Positions 1 through 13,014 are shown, counted from the first letter of the stretch. The stretch: DNA of 64,000 nt from Yuukianura sp. NJ FZ-2021 (GCA_046563655.1 CM102287.1:4092001-4156000); one strand, 5' to 3'. Made by a program: numbers and translations. Notes: generated by a model not told the origin, from the letters alone.

Positions 1-357
1 GAGGTAGGTTCCCACGGGTGTGCGGGGGTGGAATTCTCCCAGGGGTGTGGGATGTATCCCTCTATGTGTTCGTGGGGCGGGTCCCCCAGGCGTGTGGGGT
101 GGGTCCCCCGGGGGTGTGGGCGTGTGTTCCCCCACTTCTCCGCTGGCAGGACGTTGAAATGAAAAAGAAGTTGACCTTTGACCAAGAACGAGGTCACTTG
201 GGGTAATGTGATGGACACAAAAGTTGTTGGACTCGATGAGACGAACAACTTTTGTAGAAGTCATTTTCCATGTTGCCGGGGCTGAAACCGGTTGACCTTG
301 ACCTTTGACCCAGAAGGAGTTTAGCCACCGGGATCATATTCAATAGTGATCATGTCA
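1..357 (-). mobile_element. Partial copy of the DINE-1/HINE-like repeat family found complete at 48233-49429, in opposite orientation
   Basis: About 170-350 is a diverged reverse complement of about 48385-48560 (e.g. gaaaccggttgaccttgacctttgaccc, aacaacttttgtaga). The G-rich 1-145 resembles the reverse complement of 49160-49340. Confidence 0.75.
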
Positions 358-516
358 CAGTCTTTTAATTTTTTGTGGTTACTAACTGAACATAAAAATT
401 TTCAAGTTCGAAATCTTAGCTTCTTTTTTTCTAATTTCAGAATTTTTTTTTAACTAATCGTAAGTACTATAAAATTATATTTATTAATAGAAAAACAGTT
501 TCATGATACTTATGGG

Positions 517-740
517 CTAAAGGTAGTATACTCCGTATAAATCTTCGCCGGGTGGAAGAGTTCCTAAGATGAAGGCACAATTTCCTGTTTGAATGCCAAT
601 GCTGATTGTTGGTAGCAGAAAAGCAGTGGCTCTTGGTTCTCCAGTGTATTCAACAAGGCGTCGACTTCAGTAGCTTCAACCCTTCGTTTCCGAAAACTCC
701 AGTAGATTCAACAGCTATGATTGAAACGATGAAGTGATTT
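517..740 (-). mobile_element. Degenerate 3' fragment of an RLE-type (CRE-like) non-LTR retrotransposon ORF
   Basis: The minus strand translates with one frameshift to IAVESTGVFGNEGLKLLK/RRLVEYTGEPRATAFLLPTISIGIQTGNCAFILGTLPPGEDLYGVYYL*. This fits the recalled C-terminal pattern AVETxG...TGxxRA..S..IQRGN...GTLP of CRE-like elements. Confidence 0.65.
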
Positions 741-993
741 CAGAAAATTTTTTGGAGTTTTAAAAATACGTTTTTTTATTATTTTGCTTCAAAATTTGAT
801 TAGGGGTTGGCCGCGTAGTCGCCATGGATGGGACTACCGTAAACCGACGCATTTGTGTACCACAAACAGTGAAAAGTCAAAAAGGAGCAGGAGGGAGTGA
901 TTTTTTTGTTTTTTTTTGAAAATAGAAATTTTTGAAAGTAAATTTTTTTTTTCAATTCCTAATTTTATTAGAGTTTTATTCCATGTTTTTGAA

Positions 994-2974
994 ATGTACG
1001 CTGTTCGCTCCGTGATCATTTTCATTCTAGTCTTCAGCGGAAACTACGTTCAGAAGACTTCCGCTGCTGAAGAGGATCTCCCACCGTGTGTAAAAGACAG
1101 TGAAGGACAAGATCGTAAGCTTCTTTATGACTTTTGACCTTTCGACTTTTGACCTGGCACAACTGAATTCATCCGTTTGGTAGGTTGTCAAAGTGTGTTC
1201 AAATGCAATGATAAGGTAAAACCGCCCGTCTGCTGTCCATGGAACGCTCCAATTATGAGCGAAGGAAAGTGTCGCGCAGGCCTCGGCGGCGTGGATCCAT
1301 GCACGGAACCAAGTACAGAAATCACACATTTTCAGAACAAACAAAAAAAAGTGTTTTTTAACTTAAAAATAGTTTTTTTTTTAAATTGAAAAAATGTTTA
1401 ATTGTAAGAATATAAATATTCTTTTTTTAATAATTGTAACATTTTTGAAGATCATTGTATATCCGGTGACTGTGACACCAGCCAAGGCGAATGTCGTGGC
1501 GGGAGACCAAATCTCTCAACATACGGGGGCCATTGTATCAATAAAAGTTCGTATTCGAAATTTGATTCTATTTCAAATTATTTCAAAATTTTGATTTTCT
1601 TTTTAAATTCTGTATAGATAATTGCGATCCTAAGGAACTGGTCTGCACCAATACCAAATGTTCATGCCCAGCAGGATTAAAATGGAACCAGACGGCATGC
1701 GTTGCCAGAGGCCCGACGAAAACGATTAACGAACCCTGCTCAACGGATGGTAACGTTCAAATTCAAAACTAAAAAATAGAAATTTTTTTGAATTTTTTGC
1801 TTTTTGAAAAACTAGACGACTGCATCACCGAGCGACAGCTGAAATGTATCAACCAAAAATGCGACTGTGACCCAGGCTTTAGTTGGACCGAAGCAATTTG
1901 TAAAGCCAAATCAGAACTGCCAACATGCGATCCAGACGTATTTCGTAAGTTGACCTTTGACCTTGGAAATTAAGTTGGTTTGACCTTTGACCTTTGGTGT
2001 TTTTTTAACATAGCAAACGAGTGTCCTCATGATTCGAAGCAAATGGAGTGTGACAAAAAGCAGAAAGTTTGTCGCTGTCGCCAGGACATGGAATATTCTC
2101 CATCGATGAAGGCGTGTAAACTCAAAGCAGGAGAAAACTGTTTGATCAACAACACTTTGGAGCATGACCAATGCTTAAGTCAACAATGTCGTAACGAGGC
2201 AGGGTCGGACAACCACACATGCGCATGTAAAGACAACAATGGAATCCCGGAAATCTGGTCACCAGGCACACCAGGCAGTTGTGTCACTAACTACTTTGAG
2301 TTTACCTGTTCAGGTCAGTCCTTGTACAAATCTTTTCATAAAAGGCGTTTTCTTTTTAAAGTATTTGAATGTTTTGAATTTCAGGATCCAATTCCGAATG
2401 TCGCCCGGCGACATTTAACACGAGTCGTCAAGGCCTCATTTGCAAAGACAACGTTTGTCACTGTGAAGAAGGTTTGGCCTACCTTAGGGGCTACTGCGTC
2501 GTAGCTAACCGGACGTTTGGCGATCCCTGTGACCCGGGTGAGTGACCTTGACCTTTGACCTCAGATTCCTTTGCATGACCTTTGACCTCGACTTAGTTTG
2601 CATTCATTTGTACTTTTGTAGATGGAGTTCGTCCTACTTGCAAGATAGATGCTGACTTGACTTGTCGCGATGTTGGAGGAGGAGACTTTAGATGCGTGTG
2701 TCTCCAGCGTGTAATGACCGTGCGTGGGAAAAGACATACTGTGTTGTTGACGTGGAATGGTGCCCAGAAGAAGTGTGACCTCAAATCGCATGGTGAACGG
2801 TGCAAGGAAGCCATCGAATGTCGAAGTGGAGTCTGCCAGGAGACATGTATAGGCGAACAACCCGTGCCAATCCGACGATCGACTGGGACGACAATCTACG
2901 TATACGATACAAAAGTCTACGCTAACTACATATTTCTTATCATTTCATTTAACATGATCCTCACACTCTATTAA
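994..2974 (+). CDS. Cys-rich EB-module-like secreted/GPI-anchored protein, tandem copy 1 (multi-exon)
   Basis: Signal peptide MYAVRSVIIFILVFSG; phase-1 exons with DC-x5-LxC-x4-CxC-x5-W-x3/4-C; conserved core CKLKAGENC..NNTLxHDxC.SQQC; final exon CDLK..GERC...ECRSG.C..TC followed by a hydrophobic tail. Confidence 0.85.
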
Positions 2975-3524
2975 ATTTTTGGTGGTAACTGAAGAAAAAT
3001 TTTTCTACTTCCTTCAGCTTCCTTTTTTCAAATTTTAGAGAAAAAAAAAGAATTTGAAGTGCTGAAAATACATGTATCTCCCTGCATAATCTGTTTCTAA
3101 ATTTTTGAAACGATTTCAAAATTTTTGAAACGATTCGAATCGGAAAAGATGATTTTGTTGGTGCCAGTCGTCGTGTGGTTGCTGAATGCAAGTATGCAAC
3201 TTGTTTACTACTACAAACCAAGGTAAATAGAATACTATTTACTGAATCACATTTTCTAAATTTCAAAATTTAGCATCTCCTGAACCAATTTTTAAAATTT
3301 GTAATTTAAAAAATGCAGTTTTGAAACGATTCCGAATGGTGATGATGAATTTGGAAAAGATCTTTTCCTTGATGCAACGTCGTCACGAGAGCGACCTGCG
3401 TTTTCCGTGATGCAGTTTGGAAGTTCACAAAGGATTTTTGAAGTTGAAATTTGAAATTGAAATTGAAATATGAAATTTTTCAAACAAAAAGAGTTTTTTT
3501 TTCGTTTTAGCAGATTTTGTGACA

Positions 3525-5607
3525 ATGTACAACGCTGTTTTCACTGGAATCGTTTTTCTCCTAGTCATCAACGAGAAGCATCAACTTGACGTGACCTGTG
3601 CTGGACCTACAGGCCCATGCATACCAAACGAACAAGACAAAAAACGACCTAGTAAGTAATACATATGGTTAAGTAAACTTTGTCCTTGACCTTTGACCTT
3701 TACTTATCTGCCAGCATGACCTTTGACCTTGGTTCCATTTTTTTAGGTTGTCAAGGAGTGTATCCCTGCGATTACACCTTGAATCCACCCGGTTGCCGTT
3801 GTCCAGAGGGTGATCCGTATTGGAACGGAACTGCCTGTCGAAAAGCCGTTGTTGGTGAACCCTGTCTTCATGATTGTAAGCTCATCGCGAACGTGAAAAT
3901 TTATCGACGACACGCGGCGTGAAAAATAACGCGAAATTTTTATCACTTTTCTGTAGTTCATTGTACTTCCATTAAATGTGAGAACAGAAAATGCCTCTCG
4001 ACACCGGACGACCCACGTAGCAGTAACGGCGGATCATGTTCGGATGATGGTATGTTCCACTTGATTCAATTTTCAAAATTTTCGACTTTTTCGAAAAATC
4101 AATTTTTTTTTATTTTTGAAGGTGCATGTATTACCGAAAAATATCTGATGTGCACCAATGGGAAATGTTCATGCCATGTCGGATTTCGCTGGGAAAATGG
4201 AGTTTGTGAGAGAATTCCAAAGATAACGTTTGGGGGCAAATGTACCGAAAATGGTACGTTTCAAATTTTAAAAAAAACACATTTTTTGAAAAAAAAAGTT
4301 CAAAATTTTTCACTGTTTTCAAAAACTAGACGACTGCATCGTAGAACGTAAACTGTCGTGTATCAAACGGAAATGCGGATGTGAAAAAGGATTTGTGTGG
4401 GGTGAAGCCATTTGCAAACCAAAAGAAAGTCAGAAAAAATGCAATCCTGATGCAGATAGTAAGCTCACCTTTGACCTTTTGACCAATTTACTTTTTGACC
4501 TTTTGACCTCTGTTTTTTTTGAAAATTAGCAAATGAGTGTCAGAAAACTTCACAGCAAATGGAGTGCGACAAAGTGGAAAAGACTTGTCGCTGTCCAGTC
4601 AACATGGAATTTTCGTCTACGACGCAGGCGTGTAAACTCAAAGCTGGAGAGAACTGCTTCATCAACAACACTTTGCAACACGATCTCTGCGCAAGTCAAC
4701 AATGCGTTAAAGAAGCAGGATCGGCCAATCCTACCTGCGCATGTCAACAAAACAACAATGGAGTCCCGGAAACTTGGTCATCCGAACCAGGTCAACGATG
4801 TGTCACTGACTACTTCAACTTCCCCTGCACACGTAGAGGTTTGTTTCTAACATAAAAAGAAACAATGAATTTCAAATTTTTTTAAATTTTGAAAGATTTT
4901 TTTTACACATGTCTCTTTTTTTATTCTTCTTGAAGATAGCTTATTCATCCGAGTTTGTCTGCCTGTCTGTCCGCTTAGTAAAATTTTTTAGCACTTTTTT
5001 TTATTTTTTTATTTTTTTTGAATTTTAGGATCCTTCGAAGAATGTCGCCCGGGAACTTTCAATCCAAGTCGTAATGGGCTCACTTGCAAAGACGGTTTGT
5101 GTCAATGTGAACAAGGTTTGACCTACAGTAGAGGCTACTGCGTCATAGCTACCTTGCTGTTCAACGAAGTGTGTGACCCGGGTGAGTGACCTTGACCTTT
5201 GACCTCAACTAGGCTATTAGGCTTTTATTGGACCAATTTCGTTTGATTTTACTCTTGTAGATGGAAATGGAGCAACTTGCAGGGGAGATGCTGAGACGTC
5301 GCTGACTTGTCAAGATATTGGAGGAGGTGACAAGAGATGCGTGTGTCTCTTGCGTGAAATAGCAGTGCGCGAGAAAATTGAAACTGTTGCGTTGACCTGG
5401 AATGCTGCCGAGAAGAAGTGCGACCTCAAACCCACTGGAGAACGATGTAACGGAGGCTACGAGTGTCGCAGTGGCATTTGTCGTCAGACGTGTCAAGCAC
5501 CACTGAACCCACCGAAAGGAAAATCGATTCGAACGGTGATCAGCGCAAGTGCATTTCTTGTTTCATTTTGCAGCTATGCTTTCACACTTAAAAACTTAAA
5601 ATTCTGA
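3525..5607 (+). CDS. Cys-rich EB-module-like protein, tandem copy 2
   Basis: MYNAVFTGIVFLLVI signal peptide; same exon order, core and hydrophobic C-terminus as copy 1. Confidence 0.85.
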
Positions 5608-5975
5608 AGCTTCTGAATTCAATAAATTCGAATATTCAATTGAATTTTTTTAAAGTTGGATCTTTTTGGATTTTTGGACCCCAACATTTAGGAATTTCCA
5701 TTTTCAAACATTTTGAAAAAGTCTTCTACTTCTTTTTTTTTTCAAATCAGATCTGCAGAAATTTTCCAAAATTTACGGTAATCAGAGAGTTTGCAATGAA
5801 TTTGGTGGTGCGGTGGTCGTCATGTGATTGTTCACACGCTACTTGTTTACTTCCAAATAATCGGAAGTACTATAAAAAAAAAGTAATACCAACGGAACAG
5901 TATTTAAAAAAGAAAAAAAAGATGCCAAATTTTTTAACGTCATAATTTCCAAAAAACACGTTTTAACTTCAAGTG

Positions 5976-8828
5976 ATGTGCACTGGTCTGCCTGGAATCG
6001 TTTTCCTTCTAGTATTAATGTCAGATAACCTCCGAATGACATACGCTCAAGTTGGTGCACCTTGTAAGAAAATTGGCTCAGACTACCGTAAGTGACGAAC
6101 AAATTTGTTGTTGACCTTTGACCTTTGACCTTTGACCTTGCCACAACTTCATGTGACTAACCTAACTTCTGTAGGTTGTCAAGGACTGTTTCTCTGTGAA
6201 GACAAACCAGGAGGCCCTCAATGTCATTGTCCAGAAGAAAAGCCAGTTTGGATTAAAGGGGAAGCCTGTCGCAAAGGTCGTCCCAATGAGGCCTGCAATG
6301 ACCCAAGTAGGCAAATCAGCGATTCGCCGAAAATTTCGCACGCGAAAATTTTTCACGCAAAAATTTTACATGGTATGATAACTTTTTTAGTGCAATGTGA
6401 GAGCGACATGTGTTCCGATGGTAAGTGCCAATGCCCACGAAGTACTCCGTACTATGACGACGACCTCAAGGAGTGCAGAGCAAACCCACGCTCAAAGATC
6501 GGCGGTCCCTGCGATTCAACAGGTTTCAGTTTTGAAAGTTTTCAAAATTTCAAAAAATTTCAAACAAAAATTTTGTCTTTTAGATGACTGCATCCCTGGA
6601 AACTTTCTGACTTGTTCTGAGTACAAATGCATGTGTGAAGCAGGATACTATTTGTTTGGGGCGGATATCTGCAAGAAAAAAGAAACGTTTGGCGGCAAAT
6701 GTGAAACTGAAAGTACGTTTTCATAAAAAAAATTTTTGAAAAGATTTCAAAATTTGATAATTTTGAAACTGCAGATGAATGTGATGATAGGAAAAGTCTG
6801 CTCTGCAAAAATCAGACATGCGATTGTCCAGTTGATTTTGTATGGAAACCGAAAGGATGTAAACAAAAAGTATCGTTTGGAGAAAAATGTGCAATGAACG
6901 GTACGTTGGAACTTGCAAAAATTTTTTGAAAATTTGAAAAAAAAAATCGAAATTTTGGTGGTTTTTCTAAATTGGAAAGACGAGTGCAATGAGAGACAAC
7001 GTCTAGTATGCACCAAAAAGAAATGTGCCTGTATACTAGGATTGGACTGGAAACCGAAGGGATGTGAAAAAGCTGCACCACGGACGTTCGGTGGAAACTG
7101 TTCAAGAAATGGTAAATTTCAAATTTCAAATTTTTAACAAAAAAAAAATTTTTTTTTTGAAAAATGACACAGTTTTCAAAATTTGCAGACCACTGCATAA
7201 CACTACGTCAACTGGTTTGCATCAGGAAGAAATGCAAGTGTAAGACTGGATTTGTTTGGGCCGAAGGAATTTGTAAACTCAAAAAGAATCAAAAAAAGTG
7301 CAATCCATTTGCCGAGCGTAAGTGAATTGACCTTTGACCTTTGAAGTTAGGTTGACTTTTGTTAGAATTTTGACTTTTCAATAATGTTGACCTTTGACCT
7401 CAACTTTTTTGTTTGACCATTCGTTTTTTCAAATAGCAAGGGATTGTCAGGATGGTTTGATGGAATGTGACGTAAAAGATCTCGTTTGTCAATGTCCTGT
7501 CGGACACGAATTTTCTATAGTTACAAAAGCATGTAAGCTCAAAGCTGGAGAGAACTGTTTCATCAACGAAACTTTGCAGCACGATCTCTGCGCAAGTCAA
7601 CAGTGCAATACCAAAGAAGGCTCGGACGAAAAGATCTGCGCATGTCCAGAGAACAACGGAGTCACAGAAACATGGTCATCCGAACCCGGGCAAGGTTGTC
7701 TCACAGAGTACTTGGACCTTCCCTGCGCAGGTTTTCTACAAAACTAAACAAGAAAAAATTTTTTCTCAAAATTTCAAGTTTTTCAAAAAAATTAGGATCG
7801 AGCGACGAGTGTCGTGCAGGAACTTTTAACACGAGTCGTCAAGGCCTCATATGCAAAAACCACATTTGCCAATGTGCTGAAGGTTTGACCTACAAACGAG
7901 GCTACTGCGTCGTAGCCAATCGCCTGTTCGACGAACCCTGTGACCCGGGTAAGTGATCTTGACCTTTGACCTCAACTCACGAGGAGAGGCTTTCAACAGT
8001 TTCTCAAAATAAATTACGGGACTAGTCGCAAAAAAGTTCTTATAATTAAAGAAAAATTTTGACACTAGTTTCGTTTCAAAACGCGAAAAAAAAGTTTGAT
8101 CCCTTTGTGGGATCGAACACCAGCCGGGAATACAAATTGTATAAAAACATGAAAAATGTTGAAAAATTCAAAAGTCTAAGCTAACCAAACTTCATAAACA
8201 GGCTGTTAAAATGGTAAACAAATTTTTTTTAATATTTGTGCTTATTTTGCAATGGGAAAAACAAATTATAGCTTAACCCTTCATCGCCTGGCTGGGGTTT
8301 GAATCCATCTAGGGTTAACTTTTCTTCGCGTTGTGAAACGAAACTAGTGTCAAAAATTTTCTTTAATTATAAGAAATTTTTTGCAACTAGTCCCATAATT
8401 TATTTTGAGGAACGGTTGAACGCCTCTCCTCGTCAACTTCTATTGGGTCAGTATCGTTTGATTTTACTTTTGTAGATGGGATTAATGGAACTTGCAGGGG
8501 AGATGTTGAGACGTCGCTGACTTGTCGAGATATTGGAGGTGGTGACATGAGATGCGTTTGTCTCTTACGGGAGATGACCGTACATGGAAGAAAGGAAACT
8601 GTTGCGTTGAGCTGGAATGCTGACCAGAAAAAGTGTGACCTCAAGCCCAATGGTGCACGGTGCAACGGAAACTATGAGTGTCGAATCGGCCATTGTCGTG
8701 AAACATGTCAAAAAGGAATTTCAGAACGTGCCGGCAAAATATCAGCTGAAGCGAAACTCACTAATCACAAAATTCCGACTGTATTTACTCTCATTTTCAT
8801 CATTTTTAAACTAAATTGCTTGAATTAA
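5976..8828 (+). CDS. Cys-rich EB-module-like protein, tandem copy 3 (4 central modules)
   Basis: MCTGLPGIVFLLVLM signal; module exons near 6583, 6774, 6979 and 7189; conserved core; tail IPTVFTLIFIIFKLNCLN. Confidence 0.85.
7978..8433. mobile_element. Fold-back MITE in last intron of copy 3
   Basis: Long imperfect TIRs (cacgaggagaggc.../...gcctctcctcgt) flanked by a CAACT direct repeat at 7973-7977 and 8434-8438; absent from the same intron in copies 1, 2 and 6. Confidence 0.8.
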
Positions 8829-8839
8829 ATAATTCTGAG

Positions 8840-9085
8840 GGTTGAGGTAAACTTTAACGACCGTCATTGTAGCCGCACAGTGTAGCCACTCCGCCATTTT
8901 TAGTGGCTACAATGGGTGGCTGCACTGGGCGGCAACTTATGTTGCCACTTTAGGTTAGGTTAGGTTAGGTTAAAGCGGCTACTTAAGTTGCCGCTCAGGC
9001 GTAGCCACCCATTGTAGCCATTGAAAAATGGCGGAGTGGCTACACTGTGCGGCTACAATGACGGTCGTTAAAGTTTACCTCGACC
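8840..9085. mobile_element. Fold-back MITE with (TTAGG)n loop and 8-bp TSD
   Basis: About 110-bp inverted arms (ggttgaggtaaactttaacgaccgtc / gacggtcgttaaagtttacctcgacc); TSD ATTCTGAG at 8832-8839 and 9086-9093; centre taggttaggttaggttaggtta. Confidence 0.9.
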
Positions 9086-9457
9086 ATTCTGAGACAATAA
9101 ATTTTTGAATTTTTCTTGCTTTTTTTTTGTTTGAATTCATCTATTAATAGAAAGTTTTTGTAGACTTGCCTGCTAAAGTCTGTTTTCTGGCTCTTTTTAG
9201 ATCCCCAAAACATTCAGGATTTTCCATTTCAAAAATTTCCAGCACTTTTTCCATTTCTGAACTTCAGAAATCAAAATTCCCAAAGTTATCTAGGTACGTA
9301 AATGACGGCTTAATTTTTGTCGTCGTGTGAATCTCACACGATATTTGTTTACTAAACCATCGGAGGTATCAACAGAACTGTAAAAAAAAAATTTCAAAAA
9401 ATTGTCAAATTGAACTTCATAATTTCTAAAAAAAAAAAAGACACTTTTACATTAGTC

Positions 9458-12400
9458 ATGAACATTGCTCTATCTGGAATCGTTTTCCTTCTGGTCATTT
9501 CTGAGGAAATTTGCAAACCTACAAAAGCTATTACGTATGGCGGCAAATGTGCAAGTGAAAGTACGTTTTCGAAAAAACAATTTTTTTTTTAAAATTTAAT
9601 TCAATTTCATTTTTAACGAAAAATTTCAAACCTTCAAAAATTTTCTCTTTTAGAGGACTGCGACCCTGACAAATTTCTGACTTGCTCCTCTGACAAAAAA
9701 TGCACATGTAAACAAGGATACGTTTGGCTTGCAAGTAATATTTGCAAGAAAAAAGACGTACAGACAATTAATGGCAAATGTTTTACTGACGGTACGTTTT
9801 CAAAAAAAATTGATTTTTTTGAAAACTTTATCTCAAAATTTGATAATTTTGGAACCTTGAAAACTGTCAAGATGACTGTGATCCTGACAAAAGTCTTGCT
9901 TGCATTCATCTGAAATGCGTCTGCGCCGACGGTTTTGAATGGAAACCGAACGGATGTGAGAAAAAAGTTGGAAAATCGTTTGGTGAAGCATGTGCAATTA
10001 GAGGTATGTTGAAACACTTTTTTTGAAATTTTGAAAAAAATTTCAAAATTTTGCGTATTTTTCCAAATTGGAAAGACGACTGCGACGGTGGACGACGCCT
10101 TTACTGCATTAGTCAGAAATGTGCTTGCAATCCAGGATTGGAGTGGACACCGAGGGGATGTGAAAGACCTCCACCCAAAACGTTTAATGGAGACTGTACT
10201 TTTGATGGTAAATTTGAATTTTCAAATTTTGGAGAAAAAGGTTTTTTTTTGAAACACAGTTTTCAAAAATTTACAGACCAATGTACAGTGACCGCCAGCT
10301 AAAAGAGTACACCCAAAATATAAATAATTTGTTTATTTTCGAAACCAAGGAAACTGTGGGGGGAAAACTATAGGTTACATATTCTGTTCGGAATGATGTC
10401 CTTCTGCGACAATGCAATAACCTAAACGATCTTCAAATCCTTCTCCGGCCTTCTGAATTGTTTGTAAGGTAATTTCCGTGAAAGCTTGCACAATTTTTTG
10501 CTTGAGGTCATCAAGGTCTTCTGGTTCTTCCTGGAATACCTTGTGTTTAACAATACCCCAGAAACAGTAATCGAGCGGGGTCAGGTCGGGAGATCTGGCC
10601 GGCCATTTTATTGGCCCATCTCTGCCGATCCATTTGCCGGGAAATGCTGCGTCCAGGTAGTTCCTAACTTCCTTCAGCCAGTGAGCAGGGGCGCCATCTT
10701 GTTGATAAAAGACTTCGTTGTTCCCTGCTACTTGTTCCAATGCTGGCCCAATCTCAGATTCAAGCATATCCATGTAGCTTTGACCATTTATGTTGCCCTC
10801 GAAGAAGAAAGGTCCAATGATTGTGTCGCCAATTACCCCAGCCCAAACGTTCACCTTTGGGGCATTTTGAGACTTGGATGCTCTCATCCAGTGAGGATTC
10901 GAATCAGACCAATACCTAGGCACAATTTGGATTTAATCTTTAGTTTCATTTAAAATCGCACCAATACGTTTTTACAAACCGTAAGTTCTAGTGGTTCATG
11001 CGACCATTCGAAAAGAATGTTGCTTCACCTGTGAAACAAATTTTTGTCACCAGAGCAGGGTCTTGCAAGCACATATCCATCATTTGTTCACAGAATTCGA
11101 CCCTCTTTTTCGGGTAATCGTCGGTCAAGGCTTGATGGAATTGCATTTTATATGGGTGAAACCGTTGTAGTTTCAAAATTCTTCTCACAGAAGTTGCCGA
11201 AATTCCTGACCTCTGTGCAATTCGGCTTGTTGAGGCATTTGGGTTTGCAGAGACATATGCTAAAATGGATGCCGAATTCAGGTCATCGGTAGCTGTTTTG
11301 ATTCTGACTCTTTTTTTATTTTCTTGGCTTCCGTGTGTCTCGTGTTTCTTTACAGCTCTCTGGATTGTAAAAATACTAGGAATGGGAAGATTCGGATGAA
11401 TTGCACTGAAAACACTTTGTGCTTCTCGGAAGCTTGACTGTTGATAGTAATACGCAACCATCTCGGCGCGTTGCTGTGTCGTAAACTGAGGCATTGTGTA
11501 CTGCAAAACAGTTAGGTTGTATACTAAACGACAAACGCACGAAAAAAGGATCGTCGACAGGCTAATTCTGTCTACTTTCTTTAAGATGAAAAAAGGAACA
11601 CGATTTTGAAGTATTTTGATCCTTCGTTTTCACCCCGGCCCATTGTTTACCAATTTTTGAACTTGTTTCCTTGGAAACTGAATTGAAGGTGTACTCTTTT
11701 AGCTGGCGGTCACTGTATAACCATACGCCAACTGGTTTGTATCAACAAGAAATGCGGCTGTAAGGCTGGTTTTGATTGGGCCGAAGGATTTTGTAAAGCC
11801 AAGAGGAATCGAGAGCAGTGCAATCCATTGGCAACGCGTATGTCAATTGACCTTTGACCTTTCAAGTTAAATTTTGACTTTTCAGTCAAAATTTTTGACG
11901 GTTGAATTTTTTGACCAGTTGACCTTTGACCTTAACTTTTTTGTTTGACCTTTGTTTTTTCTACTAGCAAAAGATTGTCAGAAAGGTGGAATGGAATGTA
12001 TAGATGGCGTTTGTCGCTGTCCGGCCGGATCCGAATTTTCTGTAGCCGCAAAGGCATGTAAGCTTAAAGCTGGACAGGACTGCTTCATCGACGACATTTT
12101 CCAGCACGATCTCTGCGCAAGTCAACAGTGCATTAACGACAAGGGCAAAAAGATCTGCGCATGTCCAGAGATCAACGGAGTCACAGAAACATGGTCATCC
12201 GAACCCGTTCCAGGTTGTATCACGGAGTACGTGGACCTCCCCTGCGCAGGTTTTCTACACAACTAAACAACGAAAACATTTCCGAAAAGTTTTTCTTTCA
12301 AAATTTCAGGTTTTTTTTTAAAAAAAAAATTAGGATCCGACGACGAGTGTCGTGGAGGAACTTTTAACACGAGTCGTCAAGGCCTCATTTGCAAAAGCAA

Positions 12401-13014
12401 CATTTGCCAATGTGCTGAAGGTTTGACCTACAAGCGAGGCTACTGCGTCGAAGCCAATCGCCTGTTCGACGATCCCTGTGACCCGGGTAAGTGACCTTGA
12501 CCTTTGACCTCAACTCACGAGGAGAGCCTTTCAACAGTTTTTCAAAATAAATTATGAGACCTAAATTTTTCTAGAATTATAAGAAATTTTTTGCGACTAG
12601 TTTCATAATTTATTTTGAGGAACGGTTGAACGCCTCTCCTCGTCAACTTCTATTGGACCAATTTCGCTTGATTTTACTTTTGTAGATGGAATTGATGCAA
12701 CTTGTAGAGGAGATGCTGAGTTGACTTGTCAAGATATTGGAGGAGGTGACATGAGATGCGTCTGTCTCTTACGCAAGATGACCGTACATGGAAGGAAGGA
12801 AACTGTTGCGTTGAGCTGGAATGCTGACCAGAAAAAGTGTGACCTCAAGCCGAATGGGGCACGGTGCAACGGAGGCTACGAGTGTCGAATCGGTTACTGT
12901 CGTGAAACATGTCAAAGAGGAATTGTCGAACGCCCCAAATCAGCTGAACCGAAACTCACGAATTACAAAATTTCTACTGTTTTAACTTTCATTTTCATTT
13001 TAATTTTGCACTAA
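9458..13014 (+). CDS. Cys-rich EB-module-like protein, tandem copy 4 (N-terminal exons missing; exon interrupted by a transposon)
   Basis: The signal peptide runs directly into ...CKPTKAITYGGKC. All exons read by eye are open, except for the Tc1/mariner insertion at a TA within the first 10 nt of the exon starting at 10277. Confidence 0.75.
10286..11715 (-). mobile_element. Tc1/mariner DNA transposon, DD41D (rosa-like) family, 1430 bp
   Basis: Perfect 28-bp TIRs CAGTGACCGCCAGCTAAAAGAGTACACC; TA TSD at 10284-5 and 11716-7; transposase motifs YQQDGAPAH and WPARSPDLTPLDY, with 41 residues between the 2nd and 3rd Asp. Confidence 0.95.
10375..11494 (-). pseudogene. Inactivated DD41D transposase with one 64-bp intron (10916-10979)
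   Basis: N-terminal HTH region MPQFTTQQRAEMV. The first catalytic Asp position reads FTGEA instead of F(S/T)DEA, and there is an in-frame TAG at 10988-10990 in GRMNH*NLR|YWS. A GT-AG intron joins the two ORFs. Confidence 0.85.
12516..12643. mobile_element. Internally deleted copy of the 7978-8433 MITE at the homologous site in copy 4
   Basis: Same termini (cacgaggagag...gcctctcctcgt) and CAACT flanks. Confidence 0.8.

Noticed and set aside
10375..11494. Active transposase via stop-codon readthrough
   Set aside because: The first catalytic Asp is also mutated to Gly, so simple decay is more parsimonious.
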